A stretch of 56,114 nucleotides of DNA. Source: Octopus bimaculoides. Lineage: Eukaryota. Where the stretch lies: assembly GCF_001194135.2 (NCBI RefSeq), contig NC_068982.1, positions 24,247,848-24,303,961 of the forward strand, in the 5' to 3' direction. Both the position numbers and the translations under genes were made by a program. Positions 52,031-56,114 of the stretch are shown here, piece after piece. Numbering within the stretch: the first letter of the stretch is position 1; every line of letters begins with the position of its first letter. A model generated the notes under the pieces. It ran no database searches and was not told where the DNA came from. It was given only the letters and a program-made list of their open reading frames with translations.

Positions 52031-52257
52031 GCGAGCTGGCAGAAACGTTAGCACGCCGGGCGAAATGCTTAGCGGTATTTTGTCTTTTGTTACGTTCTGA
52101 GTTCAAATTCCGCCGAGGTCGACTTTGCCTTTCATCCTTTCGGGGTCGATTAAATAAGTACCAGTTACGCACTGGGGTCGATATAAGCGACTTAATCCAT
52201 TTGTCTGTCCTTGTTTGTCCCCTCTGTGTGTAGCCCCTTGTGGGTAGTAAAGAAATA
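52031..52257 (+). mobile_element. SINE family 2 (tail type 2), near full length, inserted in a (CA)n tract
   Basis: GCGAGCTGGCAGAAACGTTAGC...GAGTTCAAATTCC...GTGGGTAGTAAAGAAATA with (CA)n on both sides. Confidence 0.95.
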
Positions 52258-52559
52258 ACACACACATACACACACATACACACACACACAACCACGTACA
52301 CACACACACAACCACTCACACACATACACACACATACACACATACACACACACATATACACACACACACCAATACATATCTGGGTATCTCCCGCAAGTTT
52401 TGATATATGAGTTGAAGAAAGAAAGAAAGAAAGAAACTCCATGTAAGCATGAATGCATGAATGCAATTTCAATTCACGTATAGATTTGTTTATGAAGTCG
52501 CAATGGGTATGTTTATTACTTTGATTTTACTTGGGATTGGACAAGTGCATCTATTAATT

Positions 52560-52870
52560 GTGTACTATATTTCTTCTATTGTTCTTCTTCACCTCAAATT
52601 GCTTGGATCCATCGTGACATATTTTACGCCATGCAGATCGATCTAGGCAATGACTTTTCCAAGATATCTGGGTTACCTGTAGAAATGGCAGTGATTGCTT
52701 CAACTTATATTTATACCCAAGGAGAGGTCTTCTTCTGTCTTCTACTTGTTGGTCATACAGAGTAATTTTCGGAATGCTGTTATTTTCCATTCGAGCAACA
52801 TTTCCTGCCCATCTGCACAGAATTTTCCTTAGCACACATTGACTAATGGAAATGTCATACGCCTGCAGTA
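52560..52870 (-). mobile_element. RTE-clade LINE, ORF2 C-terminus
   Basis: CRWAGNVARMENNSIPKITLY...YKYKLKQSL...DRSAWRKI matches the RTE RWAGHV.RM...PK...DR..WR pattern. Confidence 0.85.
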
Positions 52871-53175
52871 TCGAATCCCTCATACTTGGCCTCCTAATAA
52901 AATTATAAGCATAATAGTATCCATGCATAATAGAAGGTTGGCAACAGTGATATCACCTAGTCATTGTTAAGAGGTATTTTCTGTTGCTACTGGAACCAAA
53001 CAGGGATGTGCTTTGGTCTTTGTACTTTTTCCATACTCTTTTCATTGATGCGCCAACAGGCTTTAGGGATTACCTTGAATGTATATATGTATATACGGAT
53101 ACACATTTAGATATAGGTATATAAATATAGATATAGATATACAGATACACACACACGCACAGGACACAACACGCA

Positions 53176-53243
<68 letters not shown>

Positions 53244-53327
53244 ATAACAGCATGGAAGATGTTTTTTCAGCCATTTAAGAACCCCACAAAAAACATCTGA
53301 TGTTGATTCACATCAGCATTTTGATTG

Positions 53328-53459
53328 AATTCGTGTCAAAATATTTTCGTTGCTTTCAAACAGTGACAAAACTCCGTGCTGTATCTCGAGATCCAGCACG
53401 AAGTTTTCTCAGTGAACAGGTCGCGGTTTCAAAGCGAAGAAAACATTTTGACACAAATT
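53328..53459. mobile_element. Palindromic MITE-like element
   Basis: tgtcaaaatattttcgttgctttcaaac vs gtttcaaagcgaagaaaacattttgaca; inner aaaactccgtgctg / cagcacgaagtttt around tatctcgagatc. Confidence 0.8.
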
Positions 53460-53604
53460 AAATTTTAAAGTTGAAGTGAATTTAATGGTTTGCATTTTGT
53501 GTTCATAAATGACTTACACACAACTTACACGCTGCAATTACTTTTGATTCAGCACACGAGATCTCAGATCGAGTCACTTTCTATGGAGGTACGTTTCTGT
53601 ACGT

Positions 53605-53730
53605 GACTGTGGTCGATGAAAAAGATGGTAGTAATACCAATGATTTTCGAAGCCCTGGGAACAGTGAGCAAAAATCTTGAGAAGTACGTGGAACAAATAG
53701 GGGCTGCAATAAGGGTGGAGTACTTGCATC
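53605..53730 (+). mobile_element. R4/Dong-type C-terminal fragment
   Basis: MKKMVVIPMIFEALGTVSKNLEKYVEQIGAAIRVEYL. Confidence 0.8.
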
Positions 53731-54408
53731 ATGTCCTGTTTCCAGTCTACTATCCTACTCAGATTGTGTCTGAGCGTCTTCACTTTACCTTCTAATCTCT
53801 TTTTCTACTATCACTCCTGCAGAGGTCAATAAGTTAGTGTCACTTATATTTCTAGTTTGAAATGTACTGATAACAGAACTGTCTATCAACACCTTTTAAT
53901 GCTGGCACTCATTCTCTATCTTAACTCATTACATCCTTCACCTCGTATATAATCTTCTAGTCTTGCTCACTTAAGTTGATGGTGCAAGTTGTCCCTTCCT
54001 GATTGATAGTGCTGCTATTTTAATTTTAGGCTATTCCTTTACTCGAACTATGCCTGTTATGCACCTAGCTTCATCCTGATTTGTGTTATTCGACTGTTCT
54101 ATTTATTGTTCTTCCTTTTCAATTGTCTTGCGAAAACTTCTCCCTTCATTTTATTCACTTAAGTCTCGTCATAGTATTAAACTGATCCACTAGTTTCTGC
54201 TCAGTTACATCAACTGTGACTTTCTTTAAGTAAAGGCTTTTTATGAAAAGTAACGATAGATATATACAATTTGATGAACTGAGGTAGGAATAAAGGTAAT
54301 AAAAGTCATCATTGTGAGTTGTTAAAGAGATTCAAAAGCATACCGGTTTCGTAAAGTTACTAATCATTGCTTGAATGCACACCGAATACATACATATAAA
54401 TATATATA

Positions 54409-54967
54409 NNNNNNNNNNNNNNNNNNNNNNNNNNNNNNNNNNNNNNNNNNNNNNNNNNNNNNNNNNNNNNNNNNNNNNNNNNNNNNNNNNNNNNNNNNNN
54501 NNNNNNNNNNNNNNNNNNNNNNNNNNNNNNNNNNNNNNNNNNNNNNNNNNNNNNNNNNNNNNNNNNNNNNNNNNNNNNNNNNNNNNNNNNNNNNNNNNNN
54601 NNNNNNNNNNNNNNNNNNNNNNNNNNNNNNNNNNNNNNNNNNNNNNNNNNNNNNNNNNNNNNNNNNNNNNNNNNNNNNNNNNNNNNNNNNNNNNNNNNNN
54701 NNNNNNNNNNNNNNNNNNNNNNNNNNNNNNNNNNNNNNNNNNNNNNNNNNNNNNNNNNNNNNNNNNNNNNNNNNNNNNNNNNNNNNNNNNNNNNNNNNNN
54801 NNNNNNNNNNNNNNNNNNNNNNNNNNNNNNNNNNNNNNNNNNNNNNNNNNNNNNNNNNNNNNNNNNNNNNNNNNNNNNNNNNNNNNNNNNNNNNNNNNNN
54901 NNNNNNNNNNNNNNNNNNNNNNNNNNNNNNNNNNNNNNNNNNNNNNNNNNNNNNNNNNNNNNNNNNN
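54409..54967. other. Assembly gap (one of about a dozen; most start or end in (TA)n, (TG)n or (CT)n)
   Basis: N runs seen directly; ORF calls spanning them are artefacts. Confidence 0.99.
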
Positions 54968-56114
54968 GTTTTATATTTCTAAAATTTCTTACAGACAAAA
55001 AAGAAAAAACAGTATTTCCTCTTTCCTCCCTATCGATTTATATTACTTTTACAGTATTTGCTTCCTAAAAACTTTTTGTCTCCCGCGGAATATACATTAT
55101 AGTATTTTTTTTTATAGGAGGCCCCCTACTTTGTTTTATTCGTGATAAATATATTTCCGTGACATATTTTAATTAGGTTATCCTGTTTTTGTTTTACACT
55201 TTTTCGTGTCTACTCTTGCTAATTCGACTCTTGTCAGGTTAAAATATCATACCTACAACTTCATGTGGAATCTCCAGCATTCGTCCCTAATCTAGCAAGC
55301 CTAGTACTGTTTTAAGCATTAATAAAATGTTATAAAGTAGTAGAGAGAATTTCTGCCAATGTCTAACAAACACAGTTTATGTTCACCTTTGACTTAGATA
55401 ATAGAGCTTTCAGCGTAAAAAATATACGCATAGGCATCATTAGTTTCAGAGTTTAAAAAAACTTAGTAACTTTTGAAACAGAATATTGAGACGTTTGAAT
55501 ACGAGATTAATACACTTGAAAAAAACAATTTTTTTAATATTATATACCTTACACAAATAGGTTGAAATATAAATCTTATAAGCATACATGACAATCCCCT
55601 TTACGTTTGTTTATAGTTGTAGAGATCTTGCGACTAGTTTATTCGTAGTAAGCTGAAATATTTACATAAATAGTGATAAACAAACCCATCGTTTTTCTCT
55701 CCATAAAAGGAAACTATATAAGTTGGCGGAATTTACAAAGGTCTATATACATAGCTCTGGTTACATAACTTTACATATATATAGAAATATATATCTACAT
55801 ATGACTATCATCCATCTTTCTTTCCCTCACCTCACTATTTTTCTTTTCCTATACTGTCGCTCAAAATAACGGATGTTTTTTTTTTTGTCTCAATTCTGTT
55901 TACTCTTTTCAAAAAGCATATTTCTCACGGCGTTCACTATTTTCCCCTCGTTCTGGGCTAACGAACCTCTATGCTTGTTTTCGTTCGGTTTCCTTGTATG
56001 TCTCTACTGTCATGTATGTTTTCCCAAATTTGCTCCTCCATAAATCGTAAATTTTATTTTAGAATTTATGGGGCCAACTGACTTTGAAGACTCATATTGT
56101 CGTTGAATGCATTT

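Overview
AT-rich, repeat-dense eukaryotic scaffold from a short-read assembly, with many N-gaps that mostly start or end in (TA)n/(TG)n tracts. The SINE and LINE content matches my recollection of octopus (coleoid cephalopod) repeats; this is an inference, not a database result. I can support no host protein-coding exon, rRNA, true tRNA gene or CRISPR array. The window holds a nearly intact HERO-type (R2-superfamily) RT ORF running off the left edge, six R4/Dong-type LINE fragments, Tx1/L1 5' and 3' pieces, an RTE 3' end, Penelope-like (PLE) RT and GIY-YIG remnants, a mariner-derived MITE, a palindromic MITE-like element, three tRNA-derived SINE families and many microsatellites. Best signals: (1) a type I hammerhead ribozyme with an intact catalytic core on the minus strand at 44004-44061, plus a degenerate minimal hammerhead in a PLE-like terminal repeat at 3809-3845; (2) a four-copy SINE array at 17741-18590 whose junctions suggest one subfamily inserts at fixed sites in the tRNA-like head of its own family; (3) three apparently unrelated ~1.5-unit duplications that all have a ~460-bp period; (4) R4/Dong fragments tied to (ATA)n tracts.
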